This document shows positions 54,593 through 64,000 of a DNA stretch of 64,000 nt, piece by piece. Made by a program: the position numbers and the translations under genes. The stretch covers positions 9,621-73,620 of the forward strand of contig CAVVNE010000025.1 in assembly GCA_963749245.1 (NCBI GenBank), read 5' to 3'. Below the pieces are notes generated by a model. That model ran no database searches. It saw only the letters and a list, made by a program, of their open reading frames with translations, and was not told the origin of the DNA. The DNA comes from Bryobacterales bacterium (lineage in GTDB: Bacteria > Acidobacteriota > Terriglobia > Bryobacterales > Bryobacteraceae). The number at the start of each line of letters is the position of its first letter. The stretch's first letter is position 1.

Positions 54593-55465
54593 TAAGAGAT
54601 GATGCTTCGCCAGAAAATCGCGCGTCGCTTTGTGAATCCTGACACGCTCCTCCGGCGTGAAATTCCCGTGCTTGCCGTTGGGGATCGTCACCAGTTCATT
54701 CGGCACACCGGCGGCATCGAGCGCGGCTTTAAGGCGCGTCGAATGCGAGTAGGGGACCGTCGGGTCCGCGTCGCCCTGGATCATCATGATGGGAGGCAGG
54801 TCTGCGCGCACATATTCGAGAGGCGAGACGCGCTTGGCGATTTCCTCCTTGTTCGGCAAGCTACCGAGCCACTGCACGGCGTAGGTCTTGCGATTGGGCC
54901 CGTCGAGAAGATCGTTGACGTCGGTGATGCCGTACCAGTCGAGAATCGCGGCGACTTTCGGCAGAGGGGCGCCGGGACACTGACGGTCCAGGCCCGCCGA
55001 TTCCGGGATCATCCCCGTGGTCAGCGCCAGATGCCCTCCGGCAGATTCGCCGGTGACGACCAGTTTCGTGGGGTCGATGTTATAGTCCTTGGCATGCTGG
55101 CCGATCCAGCGCAGGGCGCACAGACAATCCTCGACGGCGGCCGGAGCGGGCGAGACTTTTTCCAGGCGATACTCGACGTTCACGACGTTCCAGCCCATCT
55201 CGAAGTAGGGGAACAGAGCCATGACCGACGTTTCCTTCGATCCTCCGGTCCACCCTCCGCCGTGGATATAAATGATGGTCGGCTGCGGGCCTGTGGTGTC
55301 GCGGCGCTGGTAGACGTCGAGTTTGGTCTCGTAATTATTCTGGATGCCGTAGACGATGTTCGGCTTGATGAGGTAATGGTTCTGCGCCTCGACGGCCCAG
55401 GTGGCTTTTTCGGAGAGCTGCGCGTACGCGGCGGCGCAAAAGAGGAGAAGCAGCGTTGCTTTCAT
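54590..55465 (-). CDS. secreted alpha/beta hydrolase (esterase/lipase, HGGG type)
   Basis: ATG at 55465 gives the signal peptide MKATLLLLFCAAAYAQ. IIYIHGGGWTGG oxyanion motif. GESAGGHLAL nucleophile elbow. Confidence 0.85.
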   Translation of the reverse strand: MKATLLLLFCAAAYAQLSEKATWAVEAQNHYLIKPNIVYGIQNNYETKLDVYQRRDTTGPQPTIIYIHGGGWTGGSKETSVMALFPYFEMGWNVVNVEYRLEKVSPAPAAVEDCLCALRWIGQHAKDYNIDPTKLVVTGESAGGHLALTTGMIPESAGLDRQCPGAPLPKVAAILDWYGITDVNDLLDGPNRKTYAVQWLGSLPNKEEIAKRVSPLEYVRADLPPIMMIQGDADPTVPYSHSTRLKAALDAAGVPNELVTIPNGKHGNFTPEERVRIHKATRDFLAKHHLL

Positions 55466-55484
55466 TATTAGACAATAGGACTCG

Positions 55485-56543
55485 ATGAAAGCCCTAGTCA
55501 AGAGTAAACGCGAGCCGGGGTTGTGGCTCGAAGACATCGAGGCCCCCAAGCCCGGGATGAACGATGTGTTGATCCGCGTGCGCCGCGCGGGGATCTGCGG
55601 GACGGACGTCCATATTTATAAATGGGACGACTGGGCGCAGCGCACCATCCCCGTGCCCATGGCGATCGGTCACGAGTTCGTAGGCGAGGTGGTCGAAACC
55701 GGATCGAACGTCGCCGATTTTCACCCCGGCGATATCGTCAGCGGCGAAGGTCACGTAGTGTGCGGACGGTGCCGCAACTGTCTGGCGGGGCGCCGTCATT
55801 TATGCGCGCATACGATGGGCGTGGGCGTGAATCGTCCGGGGGCGTTCGCGGAGTACATCGTGCTGCCGATGACCAATATCTGGCGGCACGCGCCGACGGT
55901 GGATCTGGACATTGCCGCGATTTTCGATCCGTTCGGGAACGCGGTGCATACAGCGTTGTCGTTTCCGGTTTTGGGGGAGGACGTTCTTGTCACCGGCTGC
56001 GGGCCGATCGGGCTGATGGCGGTGGCCGTCGCGAAGCACGCGGGGGCGCGGTTTGTCGTCGCGACCGATATGAATCCGTTCCGGCTGGAGTTGGCGAAGA
56101 AGCTGGGGGCGACGGTGGCGCTCGATGTGTCGAAGGGGACGCTGGCCGAGGTACAGAGGCAGCTGGGAATGAAAGAGGGTTTTGATGTGGGGCTCGAAAT
56201 GTCGGGCAACGGGCAGGCGTTTCGGGACATGCTGGCGAACATGAGCCACGGGGCGAAGATCGCGATGCTGGGGATTCCGGATAAGGACATGTCCATCGAT
56301 TGGCGGACGGTGGTGTTCAATATGCTCACGATTAAGGGCATTTATGGGCGGGAGATGTACGAGACCTGGTACAAGATGACGGTGATGCTGGAATCGGGGC
56401 TGGATATTACGCCGGTGATCACGCATCGGTTTCATTACACGGAGTTCGAAAAAGGATTCCAGGCGATGATCGGTGGGAATGCGGCGAAGGTGGTGCTGAG
56501 CTTTGAGAAGAAGCCAGGAGCCGGGAGCCAGGAGCCAGAATAG
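55485..56543 (+). CDS. tdh: L-threonine 3-dehydrogenase
   Basis: [31 protein letters not shown]...[29 protein letters not shown]-terminal extension [11 protein letters not shown] is encoded by the repeat. Confidence 0.95.
   Translation: MKALVKSKREPGLWLEDIEAPKPGMNDVLIRVRRAGICGTDVHIYKWDDWAQRTIPVPMAIGHEFVGEVVETGSNVADFHPGDIVSGEGHVVCGRCRNCLAGRRHLCAHTMGVGVNRPGAFAEYIVLPMTNIWRHAPTVDLDIAAIFDPFGNAVHTALSFPVLGEDVLVTGCGPIGLMAVAVAKHAGARFVVATDMNPFRLELAKKLGATVALDVSKGTLAEVQRQLGMKEGFDVGLEMSGNGQAFRDMLANMSHGAKIAMLGIPDKDMSIDWRTVVFNMLTIKGIYGREMYETWYKMTVMLESGLDITPVITHRFHYTEFEKGFQAMIGGNAAKVVLSFEKKPGAGSQEPE
56513..56543 (+). repeat. heptamer-based element GCCAGGAGCCGGGAGCCAGGAGCCAGAATAG forming the 3' end of tdh
   Basis: 29 of 31 identical to the reverse complement of 19556-19586 (tig 3' end). 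Confidence 0.85.
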
Positions 56544-56544
56544 A

Positions 56545-57879
56545 TCACTTGATACAAAAGAGCGTATTCTGACCCCGTAGGTAGATTTCGCCATCGGCGA
56601 CCGCGGGGGTGCCGATGAACATCTGGCCGTCCAGCGTGTTGGTGGCGAGCACTTCATACGTTTCGCCCATTTTGACGATCACCACGTCGCCCTCTTCAGT
56701 GGCCAGATAGAGTTTGCCGTTCACGCCGACGGGCGACGCCTTGAAGTTGTAGGGCTTGGGAAGACGCTGCTGCTGATAGAACGCCTTGCCGGTTTTGGCG
56801 TCGAAGCAGGACAGCATGCCGCTGTCGGTGACGACGTAAAGCTTGCCGTCGTGCAGGACGGGCGACGGGGTGTAGGAATTGCCGCGCTGGTTCTGCCAGA
56901 CGATGGCGTCGGTCCCGGTGAGGTCGCCCTCGCGGCCGAGCTTCACGGCCATCAGGTTCGGGTTGCGATAGCCGCTCATGACGAACACCATGCCGTCTGC
57001 GGCCACCGGAGCGGGAATCGTGTTCTGGCCCAGTCCGGCGACCTCCCAGATCGGCTTACCGGTTTCGAGATCATAAGCGTGGACCTTTCTGGTTGCCGAG
57101 ACGATCACCTGCTTCTTGCCTTCGTAGCGGATGACCACCGGGCCGCTCCAGTTGGTGTTGCTGTCGGTGCGAGGCGTGCGCCACAACTCCTTGCCGGTGG
57201 CGACGTCGAGCGCAACGAGAAACGAATCGCCCTCGTTATCGAACAGCAGCAATAGTTTCGAGCCTTCGAGGAACGGCCAGGCGCCTTCGCCGAAGGTATT
57301 GAACATTCTCAGCTTAATGCCAAAGTCTTTTTCCCAGATTTTGTTGCCGTCCAGGTCGTAGCAATAGACGCCGCGGGAGCCGAAAAACGCGACCACATGC
57401 TTGCCGTCGGTGACAGGGGAATTGGAGGCAAAACTGCCGTACATCGGGTGGTAGCCTTCGTGCGGCGTGGCGATTTTCGACACCTGCTGCCACAGCAATT
57501 TGCCGGTTTTGCGGTCGAAGCACATCAGCATCAGCTTCTGCTCGGGCTGAGGGCCGCGATTGCCGAATCCCCGTCCGCCGCGGCCCGGGGAAGGCGGGGC
57601 GGAATCGGCTGTACCCACGACGCCCGTGGGAACCGCCGTGGTCACGAAAATTTTGTCGCCCCAGATGACGGGGGAGGAATGGCCGCGTCCGGGAATTTCC
57701 GCCTTCCACTGGATGTGCTCGGTGTCGCTCCAATGCAAGGGGGCGTCGCCGCGAGCCATTCCGTCGTTATCCGGGCCGCGCCAGCTTGGCCAATCGCCAT
57801 CCCCGGCAAACGCCGGCATGAGCAAGGGGAGCGAGAGAAGGAGGGCGGGAATACGCATGGGGTTTTTGAAATGATACAT
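56545..57879 (-). CDS. PQQ-repeat beta-propeller protein (BamB-like fold), secreted
   Basis: GDWPSWRGPDNDG, GHSSPVIWGDKIFVTTA, and repeated G.LY/V.....G.L.C.D..TGK motifs. An alternative ATG lies at 57858. Contains the insert PGRGGRGFGNRGPQ. Confidence 0.85.
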   Translation of the reverse strand: MYHFKNPMRIPALLLSLPLLMPAFAGDGDWPSWRGPDNDGMARGDAPLHWSDTEHIQWKAEIPGRGHSSPVIWGDKIFVTTAVPTGVVGTADSAPPSPGRGGRGFGNRGPQPEQKLMLMCFDRKTGKLLWQQVSKIATPHEGYHPMYGSFASNSPVTDGKHVVAFFGSRGVYCYDLDGNKIWEKDFGIKLRMFNTFGEGAWPFLEGSKLLLLFDNEGDSFLVALDVATGKELWRTPRTDSNTNWSGPVVIRYEGKKQVIVSATRKVHAYDLETGKPIWEVAGLGQNTIPAPVAADGMVFVMSGYRNPNLMAVKLGREGDLTGTDAIVWQNQRGNSYTPSPVLHDGKLYVVTDSGMLSCFDAKTGKAFYQQQRLPKPYNFKASPVGVNGKLYLATEEGDVVIVKMGETYEVLATNTLDGQMFIGTPAVADGEIYLRGQNTLFCIK

Positions 57880-57992
57880 GATCGACGGCTTTTTCCATAG
57901 TACCTGTCGAGTACCAGAACTACATAACCCCTCAGTACCTTGTCGCCTGACGGCCCACGCCGCAAACTCATGGCAAGGAAAATTCTCCCTTC

Positions 57993-59909
57993 ATGGAGCG
58001 CACAGATTTAGAGCAGTGGAAAGCAAAAGAGGTGGCGCGGCTGCTCGCTTTGGTGGAGACCGAGCGGCGTTACTACCAGGAAATGGTGGCGATGCTGCCG
58101 GTGGCTCTGGTGGTGCTTTCGGCGGATCGACAGATATCGTCGGCCAACCGCGCGTTTCGCCAGACGATGGGGCTGCGGTCCAGCGACCTGCGCGGAAAAA
58201 CGATCGAGCAGATCCTGCCTTCCGAGAGATTGATTGAGAAGATTCGAGACGTTCACACAACGGGTGTTTCGCAAAGCGCGTTTTCCCTGGAGCACGACGG
58301 GCGGCAGTTCAGTGTGGCCATCGTGCCCATCCGCAACTGGGACGACGAGAGCGAAATCGAGACGATGCTGGTGTTGCAGCAAGGCGGTGCGATCGGGATT
58401 TCTGAGCCCGCGCCGCGGCCGGTCGTCGAGCCTTTGGGCGAGATCCCGGCGATCGTCTGGGAAGCGGACGGGGTGACGCTCGCATTCCGCTCCGTGCGTG
58501 GAGATGCCGAGCCTCTGCTCGGCTTTCCGGCGGCGCACTGGACGGACACGGCAAAGTTTTTCGAGGACCGGATTCATCCGCAGGACCGGGCGGCGGTGCT
58601 GGAGCTTTATCACGCGGCCATCGAGGGATCGGGCGACGTTAGCGCGGAGTATCGCGCCGTGACGGCGGGCGGCGGAACCATCTGGGTGCGCGAAAGCATT
58701 CGGGTGAAGGGCGGAGCCATGACCGGTGTCCTGACGTCGATGGAGCGGCGCAAGCAACTGGAGGATCAACTGCTGCGTTCCGGCCGCACTGAGGCGCTGC
58801 ACGGCATCGCGAGCAGGCTGGCGCACGACCTGAATAATCCGCTGATGATCGTCACCGGTTACACCGAGGAGATGAAGAACACTCTGCCGGAGGACGATCC
58901 GATGCGAGGCGATGTCGATCAGATCCTGACGGCGACGGGCCGTATCTCCGGAATTACGGCGCAGCTACTGAATTACACGCGCCGCCAGGCGCATCCCACG
59001 TCGCCGGTCGATGTGTCTCAATTACTGGCGCGGATGGAAGAGAAGATCGCGCAGGCGGCCGGCGAGGGTTGCCTGGCGCATGTGACGGCGGGCGAAGGTG
59101 TGTGGGCGATGGCGGACGAAGGGCAGCTTGAAGAAATCATCCTGGCGCTGATCTCGCACGATCGGGAGGACGCGCGGGAACGGTCCCACATCGCGATCGG
59201 CTGCGAAGTCGACACGATCGCCGAGCATCTTCCCGGCTCGACGCTGACGCCGGGCTCCTACGCCCGCCTGACGATTCACGATGACGGCCGCGGCCTGGAC
59301 AGCGCGAATCGCGACGCCGTGTTCGAAGGATTTCTGTCGAAGCCGGAGGAAAAAACGGCCGGTCCGTCGCTGGCGCGCGCGTATGCGATGGTGCGCGAGT
59401 GGGGCGGCGACATCTCGTTCTTCAGCGAGCCGTTCCGCGGATCGACGTTTCTGGTTTACCTGCCGCATGCCGAGGCGCCGTGCGCGCCGGCGGCGGAACC
59501 CGTGGTGGAGACTGCCGTCCCCGAGCCTGCCGTGGAGATCGTCCGCGAGACGATTCTGCTGGTGGAAGACGAAGCGGGCATCCGGGCGCTGGTTCGTAAG
59601 ATCCTGCGCCGCGAGCACTACAGCGTTCTGGAAGCGGGCAGCGCGGAAGAAGCGCTCGCGATGGCCGCGGCGGCGCCGGGCAGGATCGACCTTCTGGTTA
59701 CCGACGTCAGGCTGCCTGCGGCGTCCGGCCGCGAGCTGGCGGAGAAGCTTCGCGAGAGCAGGCCGGAGCTGAAGGTGCTTTACATATCCGGTTACACGGA
59801 CGATGACGCGGCGCGGACTGGTGCGATTCCTCCGGGCTCGAAGTTTTTGCAAAAACCGTTCACGCTGGGGGCGCTGGTGGGTAAAGTGAAAGAGTCGCTG
59901 GAGGGGTAG
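57993..59909 (+). CDS. hybrid PAS sensor histidine kinase / response regulator
   Basis: PAS-like repeats. H-box HGIASRLAHDLNNPLMIV. HATPase G-boxes (HDDGRGLD, GSTF). C-terminal receiver ILLVEDEAGIR...DLLVTDVRLP. Confidence 0.9.
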   Translation: MERTDLEQWKAKEVARLLALVETERRYYQEMVAMLPVALVVLSADRQISSANRAFRQTMGLRSSDLRGKTIEQILPSERLIEKIRDVHTTGVSQSAFSLEHDGRQFSVAIVPIRNWDDESEIETMLVLQQGGAIGISEPAPRPVVEPLGEIPAIVWEADGVTLAFRSVRGDAEPLLGFPAAHWTDTAKFFEDRIHPQDRAAVLELYHAAIEGSGDVSAEYRAVTAGGGTIWVRESIRVKGGAMTGVLTSMERRKQLEDQLLRSGRTEALHGIASRLAHDLNNPLMIVTGYTEEMKNTLPEDDPMRGDVDQILTATGRISGITAQLLNYTRRQAHPTSPVDVSQLLARMEEKIAQAAGEGCLAHVTAGEGVWAMADEGQLEEIILALISHDREDARERSHIAIGCEVDTIAEHLPGSTLTPGSYARLTIHDDGRGLDSANRDAVFEGFLSKPEEKTAGPSLARAYAMVREWGGDISFFSEPFRGSTFLVYLPHAEAPCAPAAEPVVETAVPEPAVEIVRETILLVEDEAGIRALVRKILRREHYSVLEAGSAEEALAMAAAAPGRIDLLVTDVRLPAASGRELAEKLRESRPELKVLYISGYTDDDAARTGAIPPGSKFLQKPFTLGALVGKVKESLEG

Positions 59910-59943
59910 CGCGCCCGTCTGATCGCTCTGGCTTCCACGCACA

Positions 59944-59980
59944 GGCCGACGAGGGCGTCGGCCGCAGGCCAGGGGGCCTG
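59944..59980. terminator. twin GC-rich stem-loops between convergent genes (GGCCGAC-GAGGGC-GTCGGCC; CAGGCC-AGGG-GGCCTG)
   Basis: Perfect 7-bp and 6-bp stems. No strong U-tract, so this may be a REP-like element rather than a canonical intrinsic terminator. Confidence 0.35.
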
Positions 59981-60008
59981 CCCTACAAGACAATCCGATT
60001 TTCAAGTG

Positions 60009-60704
60009 CTATTTTTCCGGTAGCGCGAAGCGATAGCCGACCCAGGGCTCCGTCAGCAGATATTTCGGCTCGGCGGGATTCGGTTCGATTTTCTTGCGCA
60101 GTTGATTCATGAATACGCGGAGATACTCCACCTGATCGCCGTAATCGGGGCCCCACACCGCTTGCAACAGGCGCCCATGAGGGATGGGCACGTTGGGATT
60201 GGCCAGCAGGTACTGGAGCAGCCCGAATTCCTTCGGCGTCAGACGAGTCTCCCGTCCTTTGGCAATCACGCGCCTGGTGGCAAGGTTGATTTCGATATCG
60301 CCCAAGTTCACCGACTGCGGGCCGCCTTCGGGCGACGAAGGCATGCGGCGCAGGGCGGCGCGGATGCGCGCCAGCAGTTCCGGCGTGCTGAAGGGCTTGG
60401 TGATGTAATCGTCGGCCCCCGCGTCGAGCGCCGCCACTTTATCCTGTTCCGAATCGCGGACGGTGAGCATGATGATGGCGACCTCGGAGCCGCTGCGCAG
60501 CGCCCGGCATGTTTCGATGCCGCCCATGCCCGGCATGTTCATGTCCAGCAGCACCAGGTCGAAGCGGTTCGCGCGAATGGCTTCGAGCGCCTCGTCTCCG
60601 GTGCGCGCTTCATGGAATTCGTAGCCGTGGCCGGTCAGGGTCGCGCGCAGCACCCGGCGGATCTGCGGCTCGTCGTCGACCACCAGAATGCGGCCTGAAC
60701 TCAT
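60009..60704 (-). CDS. kdpE: OmpR-family response regulator, KdpE-like
   Basis: ATG at 60704 (ATGA overlap with the kinase stop). ILVVDDEPQIRRVLRATL, LTVRDSEQDKVAALDAGADDYITKPFSTPELLARIRAALRR. Winged-helix C-terminus. Confidence 0.85.
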   Translation of the reverse strand: MSSGRILVVDDEPQIRRVLRATLTGHGYEFHEARTGDEALEAIRANRFDLVLLDMNMPGMGGIETCRALRSGSEVAIIMLTVRDSEQDKVAALDAGADDYITKPFSTPELLARIRAALRRMPSSPEGGPQSVNLGDIEINLATRRVIAKGRETRLTPKEFGLLQYLLANPNVPIPHGRLLQAVWGPDYGDQVEYLRVFMNQLRKKIEPNPAEPKYLLTEPWVGYRFALPEK

Positions 60705-62152
60705 TTCGTTCGAACCTCTTTTTGCACGGGCAGGGCCGCGCAGAACCGGGATCCTTCGCCGGGTTCGCCCTCGATCCACAGATCGCCGCCGTGGGTGCGG
60801 ATAATCTCGCGCGCGATGTACAGGCCGAGTCCGGTGCCGGGCACGCGATCCCTGGACCCGCCGCGGCGGTAAAACTTGTCGAAAATACGTTCGCGCTCGC
60901 GCAACGGAATGCCCGGGCCGCGATCCTCGACGCGGATGACGACACGGTCGCCTTCAAGGCCGGCCGCTATGCGCACGGGCGAGGCGGGAGGCGAATATTT
61001 GAGCGCATTGTCGATCAACTGGCGGAGCGCGAGCGAAAGCAGCTCGGGGTCGGCCCAGATGCGCGGCAGATTCGGGCTTGGATCGACGCGAAGAGGCCGT
61101 CCGGCGGCTTGCGATTCGAACTGTTCGGCAACCCTCGCCAGCAGTTGGGCGACGTCCAGGGATTCGCGCTCCAGGCGGATCTTGCCTGCGTCGATCTGGG
61201 ACATCCGCACGGCTTCGGTGACCAGCCGGTTCATGCGGTCCGTCTCCTCATCGATGATCTCGGCCAGTTCGCGGGACTGCGGGGAAAGCGCGGGAGAATC
61301 GGAGAGGAGGGAGGTGGAGGCGGCTTTGATCGACGTCAGCGGGGTCTTAAATTCATGCGCGATCGCGTCTAATAATGTGGACTTGAACTCTTCGCTCTGG
61401 CGAGCCGCGTCGGCCCGATTCGACGCCTCTTCCGAGCGCACTCGTTCGAGTGCGATCGCGACCAGGTTCAGCAGCGCCTGGAGCGCGCCGTCGGACAGCG
61501 ACGACCCTTTGAGCGCCAGGCTCCCGATGGGCTGCCCGCCCAGCAGAATCGCGGCCACGAACACCGGGGGTTCGACAAGGTTGTTTCCCTGCACGGCTAC
61601 CTGCTTGAGCTTGGCCTCGATATCGAGCATGTCGTCGGCGCCGCCCCGAAAAACCTCTCCGGTTTTCGCATCGTAGAGGGCGACGCCCGGACACTCGAAG
61701 ACTTCCGAGATGTGGCGCGCCGCCTGCGATCCCACGGCTTGCGAAGGGTCGGTGAGCAGGATGGCCCGGCTCAGCGCGTAGAGCTGCTCGGTTTCGCGCT
61801 GCTTGCCCTTGGCGTCCTCGGCTTGCTTTTTTTCCCGGTCGGAAAGATGGCTGGCCACCAGCGCGGTGGCGAGGAACGCGAATAGCGCCACCCAGTTCTG
61901 CGGATCGGCGATGGTGAACATTCCTACGGGCGGAAGGAAATAAAAGTTGAAGCACAGCATCGCGGCGACCGAGGCGACGCTCGATTCGATCAGCCCCCAA
62001 CTGGCGGCAATGGCCAAAATGCCCAGCAAATACGCGAATCCGGCGGTGGTGGCATTGACGGGAATCACGCGTGAGCAGATGAAGGTGAGGGCCGCGACGA
62101 CCACCAGGCTCGCGAGCAGGCGCAGGGCAAACACTGTCGGACGGACGCGCAT
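60701..62152 (-). CDS. KdpD-like sensor histidine kinase lacking the N-terminal KdpD/Usp sensor module
   Basis: DUF4118-type TM region (FAYLLGILAIAASWG...FYFLPP...FTIADPQNW). GAF-like segment. H-box AIAHEFKTPLTSI. HATPase (DRGPGIP, GTGLGL). Confidence 0.85.
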   Translation of the reverse strand: MRVRPTVFALRLLASLVVVAALTFICSRVIPVNATTAGFAYLLGILAIAASWGLIESSVASVAAMLCFNFYFLPPVGMFTIADPQNWVALFAFLATALVASHLSDREKKQAEDAKGKQRETEQLYALSRAILLTDPSQAVGSQAARHISEVFECPGVALYDAKTGEVFRGGADDMLDIEAKLKQVAVQGNNLVEPPVFVAAILLGGQPIGSLALKGSSLSDGALQALLNLVAIALERVRSEEASNRADAARQSEEFKSTLLDAIAHEFKTPLTSIKAASTSLLSDSPALSPQSRELAEIIDEETDRMNRLVTEAVRMSQIDAGKIRLERESLDVAQLLARVAEQFESQAAGRPLRVDPSPNLPRIWADPELLSLALRQLIDNALKYSPPASPVRIAAGLEGDRVVIRVEDRGPGIPLRERERIFDKFYRRGGSRDRVPGTGLGLYIAREIIRTHGGDLWIEGEPGEGSRFCAALPVQKEVRTK

Positions 62153-62207
62153 TCCACTCAAGATAGTAGCCCAATGTCCATAAGGAAGAAGTAAATCTCT
62201 TGCCGCT

Positions 62208-62233
62208 CTAAGAAAGCCGCCCGGGAGGGCGGC
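62208..62233 (-). terminator. candidate intrinsic terminator GCCGCCC-UCCC-GGGCGGC followed by UUUCUU
   Basis: Perfect 7-bp GC stem at 62216-62233. U-rich tract on the minus strand. 46 nt downstream of the FUSC-family stop. Confidence 0.6.
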
Positions 62234-62278
62234 TGCCGGCTGATAGCCCGCCCCACATCTGGCGATTAAGAAACTGCG

Positions 62279-63964
62279 TCAGGACGGCCATGAGACGATC
62301 TGCTCCCGCAGGGTATTTAAGCTGTTCGTGATGCGATCCGTCTCGATGTTTACGAGCGCGTACCGCTCCGCGCGCGAATCGCCGGACCTGAGCAGCGCGC
62401 GGTGATCCTCGCGCAGATCCGGCAGGTCGCCTGGATGAAGGGGCGATCCGCGCAGCGACGCCGCCAGGAAGTATAGTGTCTTTTCCACATCATTGCTGAA
62501 CGTGCGGAACGCATCGCGCGGGGGCATGAACTGGCTCTGATACAGGCCTGCTTCGAGAGCCATCAGGGCGTGCACGAGGCGATGCGAACTGGCCAGCATG
62601 TCGTTCAAGGCGGCTAATTGCGACGGGTAGGGCTCGGCGCTCAGGCGGCCGACGGACGCCTCCAGGTTCGACCGCGCCAGGCGCCCCGCCTGACGGGACG
62701 CGTCCAGTTCCGGCGGCGGCGCTTCCGGCTTCAGATAAGCGGTACAGATGGTCCGGAAATAATCGCGATACGCGTCGAGCAGCCGGGCGACGTTTTCATT
62801 GATCCGGTAGCGCTCCCAGGTCGGCCAGAGCCAATATGCTGCGAGCGCGAGCGCTCCGCCCGCCACGGAGTTGATGGCGCGCGCCGCGATCACGTCCTTG
62901 GCGGAGACTCCGGTCAGCCCGATGAGCAGCACCACCAGAGCGCTTACCGCCGCTGTCAGGATTCCGTAGTTCGCCGCGCCGAACGAGCGAAGCACGAACG
63001 TCAACAGCGCGATCAGCACGATCTGGGTCATGACCGTCGCGGAGAAAATGTGGAAGAGCACTGTGGCGAACGCCAGTCCGGTAAGCGTTCCGGCCACGCG
63101 GAGCGCGCCGCGGCTGAACGTCGCGGAGAAATCCGGCTTCAGCACGATGGCCACGGTCATCGGCAGCCAGTAGGTCCGGCGCCAGCTTACCGCGCGCCCG
63201 ATGGAGTCGGCGAGGGTGACGCACGCCGCCAGGCGGACCGCGTGCCGGAAGGCCGCAGATTCGAACGTTAAATTCGCGCGCAGCGTGGCCAGAGTGCCGC
63301 GCAGCCGCAGCGTCCAGGGGGCCCTCGATTGCGTCCGCTCAAACTCGGCCAGCCCTTCGGGCGTCGAATGCGCCGCCAGTTCCACGCTGGACCGCAGCTG
63401 CCCTGCCAGCGCATCCACCTGGTGCAGCGCGTCGCCCACCAGGGCGGACAAAACATCGGTTTCCGCGCGCGCCTGGCTCAAGTGCAGCACTTCCGCCAGC
63501 GCGTCGATCCGATCCAGCGCGTCCGGATGCGCGTCGATGGACGTGTTGGTGCGGAGCGAGGCGCCGATGGTGGAGAGAATGCTCGCGCAGAGCTCGAAAA
63601 AACGGTCGAGCGCCGCGATCTCCTCGCCTTGTTCTTTTTCTCTTCCGATGCGGACCCGCAGCCGCGCCAGCGCGAGCAGGCTGAGGCGCATCCGCTCGGC
63701 CTGATTCAGCAGGGAGCGATAGCGGTCGGTTTCCACGGTATGGACTGGCCCCAGCGCGGCCAGCGTATTATGAGCCTCGGTGGCTTGTGCGCTGGCCGAG
63801 GGAGCTTCCGACGCGGCCGCGGGCGACTCGGCTGCCTGCGCCAGCGCTTCGTAAAGAGCCGCCAGAGCTCTGCGCTCCGGCTCGAACCCCTCGACCGGCC
63901 ACAGCGCGAGCGCGAGCATCGTTTGCAGCAACCCGCCCGCGATCGCCAGCAAGCCGGCGGTCAC
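62279..63964 (-). CDS. FUSC (fusaric acid resistance / YccS-like) family membrane protein; N-terminus may extend past the window end
   Basis: Two blocks of hydrophobic helices separated and followed by long helical cytoplasmic regions. The first listed start is 63964, only 36 nt from the window edge. Confidence 0.7.
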   Translation of the reverse strand: MTAGLLAIAGGLLQTMLALALWPVEGFEPERRALAALYEALAQAAESPAAASEAPSASAQATEAHNTLAALGPVHTVETDRYRSLLNQAERMRLSLLALARLRVRIGREKEQGEEIAALDRFFELCASILSTIGASLRTNTSIDAHPDALDRIDALAEVLHLSQARAETDVLSALVGDALHQVDALAGQLRSSVELAAHSTPEGLAEFERTQSRAPWTLRLRGTLATLRANLTFESAAFRHAVRLAACVTLADSIGRAVSWRRTYWLPMTVAIVLKPDFSATFSRGALRVAGTLTGLAFATVLFHIFSATVMTQIVLIALLTFVLRSFGAANYGILTAAVSALVVLLIGLTGVSAKDVIAARAINSVAGGALALAAYWLWPTWERYRINENVARLLDAYRDYFRTICTAYLKPEAPPPELDASRQAGRLARSNLEASVGRLSAEPYPSQLAALNDMLASSHRLVHALMALEAGLYQSQFMPPRDAFRTFSNDVEKTLYFLAASLRGSPLHPGDLPDLREDHRALLRSGDSRAERYALVNIETDRITNSLNTLREQIVSWPS

Positions 63965-64000
63965 GGCGCGATGCGGGTCCAGAGGCTGCGCGGAAAAAAC

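Overview
GC-rich bacterial chromosomal segment. The gene content points to Acidobacteriota (Solibacter/Bryobacter-like): four ADOP-type MacB/FtsX permeases, one with an acidobacterial-type PadR, a BlaI plus BlaR1(M56)-TIGR03435 pair, and DUF1080, DUF2911 and PQQ-propeller exoproteins. This assignment is inference from family content, not a database hit.

Most of the window is housekeeping:
- central metabolism: ppc, mdh, metK-ahcY, tdh
- protein and RNA handling: tig, hfq-hflX, an M16 peptidase pair
- B12 and acyl-CoA metabolism: split methylmalonyl-CoA mutase, a PduO-type adenosyltransferase, and a MaoC / CoA-transferase / acyl-CoA ligase operon
- signalling: kdpDE-like genes and a hybrid histidine kinase

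Several visibly lower-GC accessory islets interrupt this backbone:
1. 23.5-24.7 kb: DUF433 convergent with a wHTH plus DUF5615 PIN-like two-gene operon.
2. 27.2-31.0 kb: a GxxExxY gene inside a 30-bp inverted repeat, a DUF4760-like membrane protein divergent from a single-domain AAA+ ATPase, and a decayed S9 peptidase.
3. 47.8-50.6 kb: an orphan repeat copy, small ORFs, an 11-bp tandem array and a REP-associated tyrosine transposase (RAYT) bracketed by a perfect 15-bp inverted repeat.
4. 52.8-54.6 kb: ArsR-SRPBCC.

At least four short dispersed repeat families are present. One supplies the stop codon of an esterase gene. Another forms the last 10 codons of both tig and tdh.

Reading-frame disruptions are unusually dense: ppc, DUF2891, the blaR1-like gene, the S9 peptidase, probably the AlbA_2 gene, and a small basic ORF. 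No rRNA, tRNA or CRISPR array was recognised. All functional calls come from motif recognition by eye, and no database search was run.
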